DNA from: an uncultured Oscillospiraceae bacterium
GTDB lineage: Bacteria > Bacillota > Clostridia > Oscillospirales > Oscillospiraceae
Reading direction: 5' to 3'
Assembly (NCBI GenBank): GCA_964649425.1
Contig: CAZYTE010000001.1
Location: 1 to 28,353 of the forward strand
DNA: 28,353 bases
Shown piece by piece: positions 1-8,423 of the stretch (the stretch's first letter is position 1; each line of letters starts with the position of its first letter). A program made the position numbers and the translations under genes. The notes beneath the pieces are model-generated. The model was not told the DNA's origin and did not search any database. It was given only the letters and a program-made list of their open reading frames with translations.

Positions 1-437
1 CTGAGAGAGTCACCCTCCACCGCGGGATCAAAGGCGATGGTTTCGCTCCAGCCGGTTATTGCTGTCAGCGGGGTTCTCAGCTCATGGGAAACCTGAGAGA
101 TAAACTCGGTTCTGGATTTTTCGGCAACGGCGATCTTCTCGGACATATTGTTGATCTCGGCGGTCAGCTGGCCAAGCTCGTTGTCGTTGCTGTTATCCAT
201 CTTGATGCCGTAGCTGCCTGCGCCTATGCGCTTTGCAAAGTCGATGAGATTGTCTATGGGGTCGGTGACATTGCGCCAGAACCAGAGATTTACCGCCACC
301 AGATAGGCGCACAGCAGGACCATAACAACAATAGCCCTCTCCGGATAGCCCCGTGTAATCGTCCAGATACCCAGCACCAGAAGAAATATAGCTGCAATGC
401 TGGATAAAAGGAGCTGAAATTTCAGATTTCTGAACAT
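1..437 (-). CDS. Sensor histidine kinase (2 TM + HAMP + HisKA), runs off the left window edge
   Basis: Manual translation from ATG at 437 (not in ORF track): MFRNLKFQLLLSSIAAIFLLVLGIWTITRGYPERAIVVMVLLCAYLVAVNLWFWRNVTDPIDNL...NELGQLTAEINNM (HAMP)...EFISQVSHELRTPLTAI (H-box). Starts 8 nt after the response regulator stop. Confidence 0.92.
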   Translation of the reverse strand, partial: MFRNLKFQLLLSSIAAIFLLVLGIWTITRGYPERAIVVMVLLCAYLVAVNLWFWRNVTDPIDNLIDFAKRIGAGSYGIKMDNSNDNELGQLTAEINNMSEKIAVAEKSRTEFISQVSHELRTPLTAITGWSETIAFDPAVEGDSL

Positions 438-444
438 GGTATAT

Positions 445-1134
445 TTAGTAACCCCACTTGTAGCCATAGCCCCATACAGTAGTGAGATACTCGGGCTCAG
501 TGGCGTCGGTCTCGATCTTGATGCGCAGACGGCGGATATTAACATCAACGGTCTTCAGCTCGCCCTTGAAATCATTGCCCCATACGGCCGCCAAAATATC
601 CTCTCTGGACATGGCTTTGCCGGGGTTTTCCATAAAGAGCTTCATGAGCTGGTATTCGATCTGGGTCAGCTTGAGGCGCTGGCCGTCCTTCTCGAGGGTA
701 CGGTTTCTGGTGTTGAGCAGGAAGGGGCCGCTGCTGATTTCGGAAGTGTTCTTCTCCTCGTCATCAATACCCAGGCGGCGGATAAGCGCGTCCACACGGG
801 CGGTGAGCTCGGCAGGGGAGAAGGGCTTGGTAACATAGTCGTCAGCACCGGTCATAAGGCCGGTGACTTTGTCGATCTCCTGGCTCTTTGCGGTGAGCAT
901 GATAATGCCCATCCTGGAGCCTGTGGCACGGATGCGGCGGCAGACCTCAAAGCCGTCAATATCGGGCAGCATAACATCCAGCAACGCAAGGCAGATATCG
1001 GGATTGACCTTCAGTTTTTCAAGAGCCATCATGCCGTTTTCGGCTTCAATGGGTTCAAAGCCGCTGCGGCGCAGATTGATGACCACAAAGCTTCGGATAT
1101 TAGCCTCGTCCTCGAGAACAAGAATTTTCTTCAT
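445..1134 (-). CDS. OmpR/PhoB-family DNA-binding response regulator
   Basis: Receiver motifs LEDE, LLDVMLP, MLTAK, DDYVTKPF; winged-helix VDVNIRRLR..TVWGYGY; SD AAAGGAG upstream. Confidence 0.96.
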   Translation of the reverse strand: MKKILVLEDEANIRSFVVINLRRSGFEPIEAENGMMALEKLKVNPDICLALLDVMLPDIDGFEVCRRIRATGSRMGIIMLTAKSQEIDKVTGLMTGADDYVTKPFSPAELTARVDALIRRLGIDDEEKNTSEISSGPFLLNTRNRTLEKDGQRLKLTQIEYQLMKLFMENPGKAMSREDILAAVWGNDFKGELKTVDVNIRRLRIKIETDATEPEYLTTVWGYGYKWGY

Positions 1135-1183
1135 TTATTCAATCTCCTTTTCAAAAGAGTTTGAGCTTACATTTTGACACTTA

Positions 1184-1192
1184 ATTATAACA
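1184..1192 (-). promoter_or_regulatory. Extended -10 element (TGtTATAAT) for the two-component operon
   Basis: Minus strand reads ...gctaTGtTATAATtaag about 50 nt upstream of the regulator start. Confidence 0.55.
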
Positions 1193-1278
1193 TAGCTTTT
1201 ACAAAATTGCCACCTGAAGTTTCAAAAAAACATATAAATTTAACACAAAAGTGACATCGTTTAAGTGCCCTAATACCA

Positions 1279-1306
1279 TTGATTATTTTTACAACTGTGT
1301 TAGAAT
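1279..1306 (+). promoter_or_regulatory. Sigma-70/A promoter TTGATT-N16-TAGAAT with extended -10 TG
   Basis: ttgatt 1279-1284, tgt-tagaat 1298-1306; the predicted start site falls at or near ATG 1314. Confidence 0.5.
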
Positions 1307-1313
1307 GGTAAAC

Positions 1314-3914
1314 ATGATGAGCAATACAGAGAAAAATCTGGTAGCAGGCATTCTGGCCCATGTGGACGCGGGTAAGACTACCCTGTCCGAGGCTATGCTC
1401 TACCTTTCCGGAAAACTAAAAAAACTGGGCCGGGTCGACCACAGGGACAGCTTTTTGGATAATCACTCTCTTGAAAGGGCGAGAGGAATCACCATTTTTT
1501 CAAAGCAGGCCATTCTTGCGCTGGAAAACAGCTCGCTTACCCTGCTGGATACCCCCGGCCATGTGGATTTTTCTGCAGAGATGGAGAGAACTCTGCAGGT
1601 GCTTGACTGCGCTGTTTTGGTGATCAGCGGCACTGATGGCGTACAGGCTCACACCGAGACTTTGTGGAGTCTTTTGAAGCGCTACAGTGTGCCGTGCTTC
1701 ATCTTTGTCACCAAGATGGATCTGCCGGGCTGCGATAAAGCCGCTCTGATGGATGAGCTGTCAAAGCGGCTCAGCTCTGCCTGTGTGGACTTTTCACAGA
1801 GGGACGATGCTTTTTATGAGCAGCTCGCAATGTGCAGCGAGGAAGTCATGGAAAAGTATCTTGAGGGTGAGACAATAAGCGAAGCTGACATTGCAAAGCT
1901 TGTTTCCGGCAGACAGCTTTTTCCCTGCTTTTTCGGTTCCGGTCTGCGGCTTGAGGGCGTGGAGGGGCTTCTCTCCGCCCTTGACAGCTATGTGCTGACA
2001 GCAGAAGCCAAAGAGGAGTTTGCCGCAAAGGTCTATAAGATCGCGAGAGACGCTCAGGGCAACCGCCTGACCTACATGAAGCTTACCGGCGGTCAGCTGA
2101 AAGTGAGAACCGCCCTTAAATATAAGAACGAAAAAGGCGCAGAGCTTGAAGAAAAAATAAGCCAGATCAGACTCTATTCCGGCATTAAATATGACGCGGT
2201 GGACACGGTTTCTCAGGGACAGGTATGTGCTGTGCTGGGACTCAGCGAAAGCTATCCCGGCCAGGGCCTGGGTGCAGAGAATGACAGCTCCGCCCCTGTT
2301 CTGGAGCCGGTCATAAGCTACACTGTTAAGCTGCCCGGGCAGGCGGACCCCAGACTGGTTCTGCCCAAATTAAGCCTTCTGCAGGAGGAGGACCCCCAGC
2401 TGCACATTGCATGGAACGAGAGGACAAGGGAAATCTCCGTGCAGCTCATGGGCAAGGTGCAGACGGAGATTTTTGTAAGCTTAGTCAAGGACAGATTTGA
2501 TCTGGACATCGAGCTGGATTCCGGTCATATCATGTATCGCGAGACCATTGCGGACACCGTTGAGGGCGTGGGTCACTATGAGCCTTTGCGCCACTATGCC
2601 GAGGTGCATCTTATTATGGAGCCCCTGCCCGAGGGCAGCGGCATTGTGCTGGACAGCAAATGCAGCGAGGATGAGCTTGACCGCAACTGGCAGCGGCTCA
2701 TATTCACCCATCTTCTGGAAAAGCAGCATCTGGGCGTGCTGACAGGCTCGCCTATTACCGATATGAAGATCACTCTGGCCGCAGGCCGTGCCCACGATAA
2801 GCACACCGAGGGCGGAGACTTCAGGCAGGCCACCTATCGCGCCGTCCGTCAGGGCCTTATGCAGGCAAAGAGTGTGCTTCTGGAGCCCTATTACAGCTTT
2901 GTTATTGAGGTTCCTCCCGAGCAGATAGGCAGAGCCATCGGTGATGTGCGCATGATGAACGGAACTTTCTCATCTCCCGAGGATGCTGAGGGCGGCTTTA
3001 TGCGCATAGAGGGCAGCGCCCCTGTCGCTGCCATGAACGGCTACATGACAGAACTTATCTCCTACACTCACGGCAAGGGCAGATTTTCCTGCCGGCCTGA
3101 TGGTTACAGACCGTGTAAGGATCAGCAGAAGATCGTTGAAGAGCTTGGCTACGATCCGGAGGCGGATGTGGATAATACTCCTGACTCTGTTTTCTGCGCC
3201 CACGGAGCGGGTGTCAACATCAAGTGGGATCAGGTGCATGAATATATGCATCTTGAAAGCTGCCTGAGAGAGCCGGTGGAAGCGGAGACACCAAGCCTTG
3301 TAAGACAGCGCAGTCTCAGCATTGACGACAGGGAACTGGAGGCCATCATGGAGCGCGAGTTCGGCCCCATACGCAGAAAAGAATACAAGACCGCTGAGAG
3401 GAATGAGGCTCCCGATTTGCAGAGGAATATCGGCGGTGTAAAGAAAGAGTTCCTCATAGTTGACGGATATAACCTGATTTTTGCCTGGGACGAGCTGAAG
3501 AAAATCGGCGATGATAATATGGGTGTGGCCAGAAAAATGCTGATGGACATGCTTTCCAACTACTGCGGCTTCACCAATACCGAGATGCTTCTGGTTTTCG
3601 ATGCCTACAAAACCGCAGGCGGCACTGGTGCGAGAGAAGAGTATGACAACCTGAAGGTCGCCTACACCAAGGACGGCGAGACTGCAGATGCTTACATTCA
3701 GCGCATTGCCTATGATATCGGAACAAACTATTCCGTCCGCGTTATAACCGGTGACAGCCTGATAAGGCTTTCTACCCTCCATTCGGGCGTTTTGAACAGT
3801 TCTTCAAGAGCATTTAAAGGCGAAGTAGAGGCGGTGCTCAATCAGATGAACTCCGTTCTGCAGAAGTCCAACGAATTTGCCCATACCACGAGACTTAAAG
3901 ATGGAAAACAATGA
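1314..3914 (+). CDS. EF-G/TetM-like translational GTPase fused to a C-terminal YacP/Rae1-type NYN ribonuclease domain
   Basis: G-motifs AHVDAGKTT, ERARGITI, DTPGH, TKMD; EF-G domain III-V features (EEDPQL, LLEPY); C-terminal FLIVDGYN...LVFDA...GETADAYI...VITGD typical of NYN_YacP. Start moved from GTG 1251 to ATG 1314 (1317 also possible). Confidence 0.9.
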   Translation: MMSNTEKNLVAGILAHVDAGKTTLSEAMLYLSGKLKKLGRVDHRDSFLDNHSLERARGITIFSKQAILALENSSLTLLDTPGHVDFSAEMERTLQVLDCAVLVISGTDGVQAHTETLWSLLKRYSVPCFIFVTKMDLPGCDKAALMDELSKRLSSACVDFSQRDDAFYEQLAMCSEEVMEKYLEGETISEADIAKLVSGRQLFPCFFGSGLRLEGVEGLLSALDSYVLTAEAKEEFAAKVYKIARDAQGNRLTYMKLTGGQLKVRTALKYKNEKGAELEEKISQIRLYSGIKYDAVDTVSQGQVCAVLGLSESYPGQGLGAENDSSAPVLEPVISYTVKLPGQADPRLVLPKLSLLQEEDPQLHIAWNERTREISVQLMGKVQTEIFVSLVKDRFDLDIELDSGHIMYRETIADTVEGVGHYEPLRHYAEVHLIMEPLPEGSGIVLDSKCSEDELDRNWQRLIFTHLLEKQHLGVLTGSPITDMKITLAAGRAHDKHTEGGDFRQATYRAVRQGLMQAKSVLLEPYYSFVIEVPPEQIGRAIGDVRMMNGTFSSPEDAEGGFMRIEGSAPVAAMNGYMTELISYTHGKGRFSCRPDGYRPCKDQQKIVEELGYDPEADVDNTPDSVFCAHGAGVNIKWDQVHEYMHLESCLREPVEAETPSLVRQRSLSIDDRELEAIMEREFGPIRRKEYKTAERNEAPDLQRNIGGVKKEFLIVDGYNLIFAWDELKKIGDDNMGVARKMLMDMLSNYCGFTNTEMLLVFDAYKTAGGTGAREEYDNLKVAYTKDGETADAYIQRIAYDIGTNYSVRVITGDSLIRLSTLHSGVLNSSSRAFKGEVEAVLNQMNSVLQKSNEFAHTTRLKDGKQ

Positions 3915-4644
3915 TCTTATAAAGCGGGCGGCGGATCTGTGCCGCCGCTGCGAAAAAAGCTGCAGCGTCACCATGACAGGATTTCTCAGCCCTGCCGAGC
4001 GCTATATGCTTGAAAAACAGGTGCGTCCGACTGACTGCGGCATGGTGTTTTCCGGCGGACACTGTGAATGTGAGAGAACGGTCTGTTTCTTCCTGCCGGA
4101 ATATATGGAAGCGGAATACTTTGACCCGTCGGAATACATCTGTGCCATGAAGCTGACTGCCCATTTCGGCACCCCCGGACATAGGGATTACATGGGTGCC
4201 ATTCTGGGCATGGGAGTTGGCAGAGAGTGGGTCGGCGATATATGGGTGGACGATAATGTGGCCTATATATTCTGCCTGCCCTCGGTGCAGCGGCATCTGC
4301 TGAGTATTGATAAAGTGGGCCGAGTGGGGGTGAAGGCTGAAAGTCTTGAGCTTTCAGAAATTCCCGCACCCAAGAGGCAGATCAAGGAAGTCAGCTTTTC
4401 TGTTATGAGTATGCGGCTGGATGCGGTGGTGGCGGGAATGTTCAATGTTTCCCGCTCCGAAGCTGCCCGGCAGATAACTCAGGGAAACGTCAGCTTCAAC
4501 TATCAGGAAATGCTAAAAACCGACTGCACGGTTTCCGTGGGTGATATAATTTCTCTCAGGGGAGCGGGCAAAGGCAAAATCAGCGGCACCGGCGGCAAGT
4601 CCCGGAAAGACAGGCTTTTTGTATATGCTGAAATCTATAAATAG
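3901..4644 (+). CDS. ylmH: YlmH/Sll1252-family S4-domain RNA-binding protein
   Basis: TGFLSP, GG..CER, HRDYMGAILGMG and the C-terminal S4 domain SMRLDAVVAGMFNVSRSEA...GDIISLRGAGK. ATG 3901 overlaps the upstream stop. Confidence 0.88.
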   Translation: MENNDLIKRAADLCRRCEKSCSVTMTGFLSPAERYMLEKQVRPTDCGMVFSGGHCECERTVCFFLPEYMEAEYFDPSEYICAMKLTAHFGTPGHRDYMGAILGMGVGREWVGDIWVDDNVAYIFCLPSVQRHLLSIDKVGRVGVKAESLELSEIPAPKRQIKEVSFSVMSMRLDAVVAGMFNVSRSEAARQITQGNVSFNYQEMLKTDCTVSVGDIISLRGAGKGKISGTGGKSRKDRLFVYAEIYK

Positions 4645-4655
4645 GAGAAAAAGAT

Positions 4656-5873
4656 ATGAGAGCGTATGAGAGATTCATTGAATATGTAAAGGTACACACC
4701 ACCAGCTCCGAGGAGTCTGACTGCACTCCTACCACAGAGCGTCAGTTCGTTCTGAGCCGTCTGCTTGCAAAGCAGATGACCGAGATGGGAGTTGAGGATG
4801 TTTATGTGGATGAGCACGCCTATGTCTACGGGAGGATCCCCGCCACAGCAGGCTATGAGCAGAAGCCCTGTATCGGCTTTATCGCCCATATTGACACCGC
4901 CCCCGATTTCGGCGGCGAGAATGTGAAGCCCCAGCTCATCGAAAACTATGACGGCTGTGATGTTGCATTGGGTGACAGCGGCAGAATATTAAGCGTTGAA
5001 AAATTCCCCCACCTTTTGAAGCTGAAGGGCCACACCCTCATTACCACCGACGGCAGCACTCTTCTGGGGGCTGACGATAAGGCAGGAGTTGCCGAAATCA
5101 TGACTGCCTGTGAGAGAATTATTACTGACGATCTGCCTCACGCAGCAGTTGCCGTATGCTTTACTCCCGATGAGGAAGTGGGCCACGGCGCCTCTCTTCT
5201 GGATATGGAGCGTCTGGCAGCGGACTTCGCTTTCACGGTTGACGGCGGCGAAGTGAATGAACTCAACTACGAGACTTTCAATGCCTGCTCTGCTCAGTGG
5301 GAGGTCAAGGGTTTTAATATCCACCCGGGCGAAGCCAGGAATGCGATGATAAATGCCAGCCTTGTTGCCATGGAAATCAACTCCATGCTGCCCGCCGGTG
5401 ATGTGCCCGAAAAGACCGAGGGCTACGAGGGCTTCTTCCACCTGTGCGATATGAAGGGCAATGTGGAGAAGGCAGAGCTCAACTATATTATCCGTGACCA
5501 CAGCGCAGCTGCCTTTGAAGTGAGAAAGAACATGATGCTCCACATTGAGGCTCTTATCAATGAAAAATACGGTGCCGGAACTGCAAAGGTCTCTTTCCAC
5601 GAGCAGTACCGCAACATGGCTGAAAAGCTGAAAGACCGCATGGACATCATTGAACTTGCAAAGAAGGCCATTGAGCGAGTCGGCTTTGAGGCCCTGATGG
5701 TTCCCATCCGCGGCGGCACCGATGGCGCGCAGCTTTCCTACCGCGGCCTGCTCTGCCCCAATCTGGGTACCGGCGGTTACTGCTTCCACGGCCCCTATGA
5801 GCACATCTCCGCTGAGTGCATGGATGCGGCTGTCAACATCATCCTCAATATTGTTGACGAAAATATCAAGTAA
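4656..5873 (+). CDS. pepT: Peptidase T (M20B tripeptidase)
   Basis: FIAHIDTA, LLGADDKAG, DEEVG, IHPG, IRGGTDG, FHGPYE motifs; SD AGGAG. Confidence 0.95.
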   Translation: MRAYERFIEYVKVHTTSSEESDCTPTTERQFVLSRLLAKQMTEMGVEDVYVDEHAYVYGRIPATAGYEQKPCIGFIAHIDTAPDFGGENVKPQLIENYDGCDVALGDSGRILSVEKFPHLLKLKGHTLITTDGSTLLGADDKAGVAEIMTACERIITDDLPHAAVAVCFTPDEEVGHGASLLDMERLAADFAFTVDGGEVNELNYETFNACSAQWEVKGFNIHPGEARNAMINASLVAMEINSMLPAGDVPEKTEGYEGFFHLCDMKGNVEKAELNYIIRDHSAAAFEVRKNMMLHIEALINEKYGAGTAKVSFHEQYRNMAEKLKDRMDIIELAKKAIERVGFEALMVPIRGGTDGAQLSYRGLLCPNLGTGGYCFHGPYEHISAECMDAAVNIILNIVDENIK

Positions 5874-5885
5874 GGGAGCGATATT

Positions 5886-7172
5886 ATGGCCTCAAAGCTT
5901 GGCGCAAAGAAATGGATAGGCCTTATTCTTGTGGGCCTGTTCGGTCAGTTCGCGTGGACAATAGAGAACATGTATTTTAATGTCTTTCTCTATAACACAA
6001 TTTCAACCGACCCCAAGTATATAGCGAGCATGGTGGGCTGGTCTGCTGCTGTTGCCACGCTGACCACCCTTATCATGGGAGCCCTTTCCGATAAGCTGGG
6101 AAAGAGAAAGCTGTTTATCTGCGCAGGCTATATTCTCTGGGGCCTGTCAACGGCGGCCTTTGGCTTTGTTACTCCGGAAAATGCCGCAAGGCTTTTCCCT
6201 GCGGCCAATGCGACAGCTGCTGCCGCTATGATGGTTGTATTCCTGGACTGCCTGATGACCTTCTTCGGCAGCACCGCCAATGACGGAGCCTTCAATGCCT
6301 ATGTCACAGACATCACCGATAACTCCAATCGCGGTAAGGTGGAGAGTGTTCTTGCAATTCTGCCCCTTATCTCCATGCTGGTTATCTTCGGCCTTTTTGA
6401 TGGCCTTACCCAGCAGGGTAAATGGCAGCAGTTTTTCTCCATTTTCGGTGTGGCTGTTACCACGGTGGGTATCACGTGCATCTTCCTTATAAAGGATAAG
6501 CCCGGTCTTGAAGCCGGTAAGGATAGTTATTTCAAAAACCTTGTCTACGGTGTAAAACCCTCTGTTATCAAGGCAAACCCGGAGCTTTATCTGTCCTTTG
6601 CCGCTTTCTGCGTTTTCTCCATAGCGGTTCAGGTTTTCTTTCCTTATCTGATAATTTATATTCAGAACTTCCTTGGTATCGATAACTATGCCATCATCCT
6701 GGGTGTAGTTCTGCTGACGGCATCCATTGTCAGTGTCGTGTCCGGCAGATTCATTGATCGTCTGGGCAAAACTGCCTTTACGGCCCCTGCGTCTGCCATC
6801 ATGCTTGTTGGCCTTATCGCTATGTATTTTGTGAGAAGTGCCTTGGCTGTGACCATTGCCGGCATCGTTATGATGAGCGGCTACATGATGATGAGTGCCA
6901 CTCTGGGTGCCAATATCCGTGACTGGACTCCCGAGGGAAAGGTTGGTCATTTTCAGGGCATACGCATGATTTTCGCGGTGCTGCTGCCTATGGTCATCGG
7001 CCCCTCCATCGGTGCCGCTGTTATCCGCGGCAGCAACAGTACATATATTGAGCTGGGGCAGGTCAAGACCGTACCCACACCTCATATCTACCTTGCAGCG
7101 GCTGTGGTTCTGCTGCTGGTGGCAATTCCGGTGCTGTTGCTTAGGAAAAGAGAAAAATCGTCTGAGCACTGA
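5886..7172 (+). CDS. MFS transporter, substrate unknown
   Basis: About 12 hydrophobic segments; MFS motif A GALSDKLGKRK and its repeat GRFIDRLGK. Confidence 0.9.
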   Translation: MASKLGAKKWIGLILVGLFGQFAWTIENMYFNVFLYNTISTDPKYIASMVGWSAAVATLTTLIMGALSDKLGKRKLFICAGYILWGLSTAAFGFVTPENAARLFPAANATAAAAMMVVFLDCLMTFFGSTANDGAFNAYVTDITDNSNRGKVESVLAILPLISMLVIFGLFDGLTQQGKWQQFFSIFGVAVTTVGITCIFLIKDKPGLEAGKDSYFKNLVYGVKPSVIKANPELYLSFAAFCVFSIAVQVFFPYLIIYIQNFLGIDNYAIILGVVLLTASIVSVVSGRFIDRLGKTAFTAPASAIMLVGLIAMYFVRSALAVTIAGIVMMSGYMMMSATLGANIRDWTPEGKVGHFQGIRMIFAVLLPMVIGPSIGAAVIRGSNSTYIELGQVKTVPTPHIYLAAAVVLLLVAIPVLLLRKREKSSEH

Positions 7173-7187
7173 GCTCAGACGATTTTT
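7153..7187. terminator. Bidirectional rho-independent terminator
   Basis: aaaaatcgtctgagc-actga-gctcagacgattttt between convergent genes, overlapping the MFS stop. Confidence 0.85.
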
Positions 7188-7655
7188 TTAGGTTCTAAGT
7201 GTTGCACGGAGTCTGTCGGTTTTAATAAGCAAATCAAGAGCGTCTGCAATGGATGTAACGATAACATCGCAGTGGCTGAGAAGTGCGCCGCAGCAGCCCT
7301 CCGTACCAATAACGCAGATAGACAGATCTGCAGCATCGGACATCTGAATGTCGTTGAAGCCGTTGCCTATGGTGACAACTCCGCCGCGGAGCTTCTTGGC
7401 TTCGGCGGCTTTAATGTCGCCCACAGCAGTGGTGGGGAAGGTGAGGACCTCGAGGGGCAGACCCTCGCATTTTGCCTTGGCGGTTCCATGGGTGTCAGCG
7501 GTTATAACATAGATCTGCAGCCTGTCCTTAAGCTGCTCCAGGCGGGGTCGGATATCCTCAATGATATTTCCGTCCTCAGCAATGGTGCCGTTGTAGTCCA
7601 GAATTAGATGGCTGAGAGTCATTTCCTCTCTGCCGGGGATTTCAATTGTAATCAT
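7188..7655 (-). CDS. HAD-superfamily hydrolase, soluble P-type-ATPase-like type
   Basis: Motif I LDYNGT, motif II TADTHGT, motif IV IGNGFND (compare P-type GDGxND); 155 aa, no TM segment. Confidence 0.85.
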   Translation of the reverse strand: MITIEIPGREEMTLSHLILDYNGTIAEDGNIIEDIRPRLEQLKDRLQIYVITADTHGTAKAKCEGLPLEVLTFPTTAVGDIKAAEAKKLRGGVVTIGNGFNDIQMSDAADLSICVIGTEGCCGALLSHCDVIVTSIADALDLLIKTDRLRATLRT

Positions 7656-7670
7656 AATCTTCTCCTTTTC

Positions 7671-8423
7671 TTAGGCGTAGGCACCCTGAAGGTAGTCGCG
7701 GGTTTCCTGTCGTTTGGGATTTTCAAATATCTCATATGTGGAACCCTGTTCCCAAAGCTCTCCGTTGAGCATGAACAGACAGTCATCGGCAATTCTTTTT
7801 GCCTGGAACAGATTGTGAGTTACGATCACTATTGTGTAGTCCTTTTTAAGCTCCAACAGCAGTGCCTCTATTACCTCGGTGCTTTTTACATCAAGGGCGG
7901 AGCAGGGCTCATCCAGCAGCAGAACCTGAGGCTGTGCGGTCAAGGCTCTGGCGATGCACAGACGCTGCTGCTGACCGCCGGAGAGCTTTAAAGCGCTTTT
8001 ATGAAGCTCAGACTTTACTTCCTCATAAAGACCCGTTACTTCCAGCTTTTCACGGACTATCTTTTCAAGCTCTTTTTTGTCTCTGATACCATAGTAGAGC
8101 GGCGCATATGTCATGTTCTTATAAATGGACAGGGGGAAAGGTGCAGGGGTTTGAAACACCATGCCTATCTGCCGGCGCAACTCGTCCACGGGCATAGACT
8201 GAATATCCACACCGTTCAGGTGTATGCTGCCGCGGACAGCGGCACTTTTATCAATGTCAAGCATACGGTTTATGCCTTTGAGCATGGTGGATTTACCACA
8301 GCCCGAGGGACCGATGATGGCGGTAATGCGGTTTGGCATTATCTTTGCGTTTATGCCGCTGATAACGGTTTTCCTGTCGTAATCCACGCCGAAATCGTGC
8401 AGACTGATTACAGCATCGTTCAT
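7671..8423 (-). CDS. pstB: PstB-like ABC ATP-binding protein
   Basis: GPSGCGKST, VFQTPAPFP, LSGGQQQRLCIARAL, LLLDEPCSALD, VTHN. Start at 8423 with GGAGGAG SD and ATGA overlap with the upstream stop. Confidence 0.9.
   Translation of the reverse strand: MNDAVISLHDFGVDYDRKTVISGINAKIMPNRITAIIGPSGCGKSTMLKGINRMLDIDKSAAVRGSIHLNGVDIQSMPVDELRRQIGMVFQTPAPFPLSIYKNMTYAPLYYGIRDKKELEKIVREKLEVTGLYEEVKSELHKSALKLSGGQQQRLCIARALTAQPQVLLLDEPCSALDVKSTEVIEALLLELKKDYTIVIVTHNLFQAKRIADDCLFMLNGELWEQGSTYEIFENPKRQETRDYLQGAYA

Noticed and set aside
436..1164. 242-aa + strand ORF and similar antisense ORFs (2970-3782, 4989-5804, 6147-7169, 15379-16314, 24886-25614)
   Set aside because: All lie opposite well-supported genes and show no domain signatures.
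1314..3914. Tetracycline resistance gene (tetM/tetO/tetW)
   Set aside because: Lacks the TetM domain IV loop motif, is much longer because of the NYN fusion, and has no leader peptide or mobile-element context.
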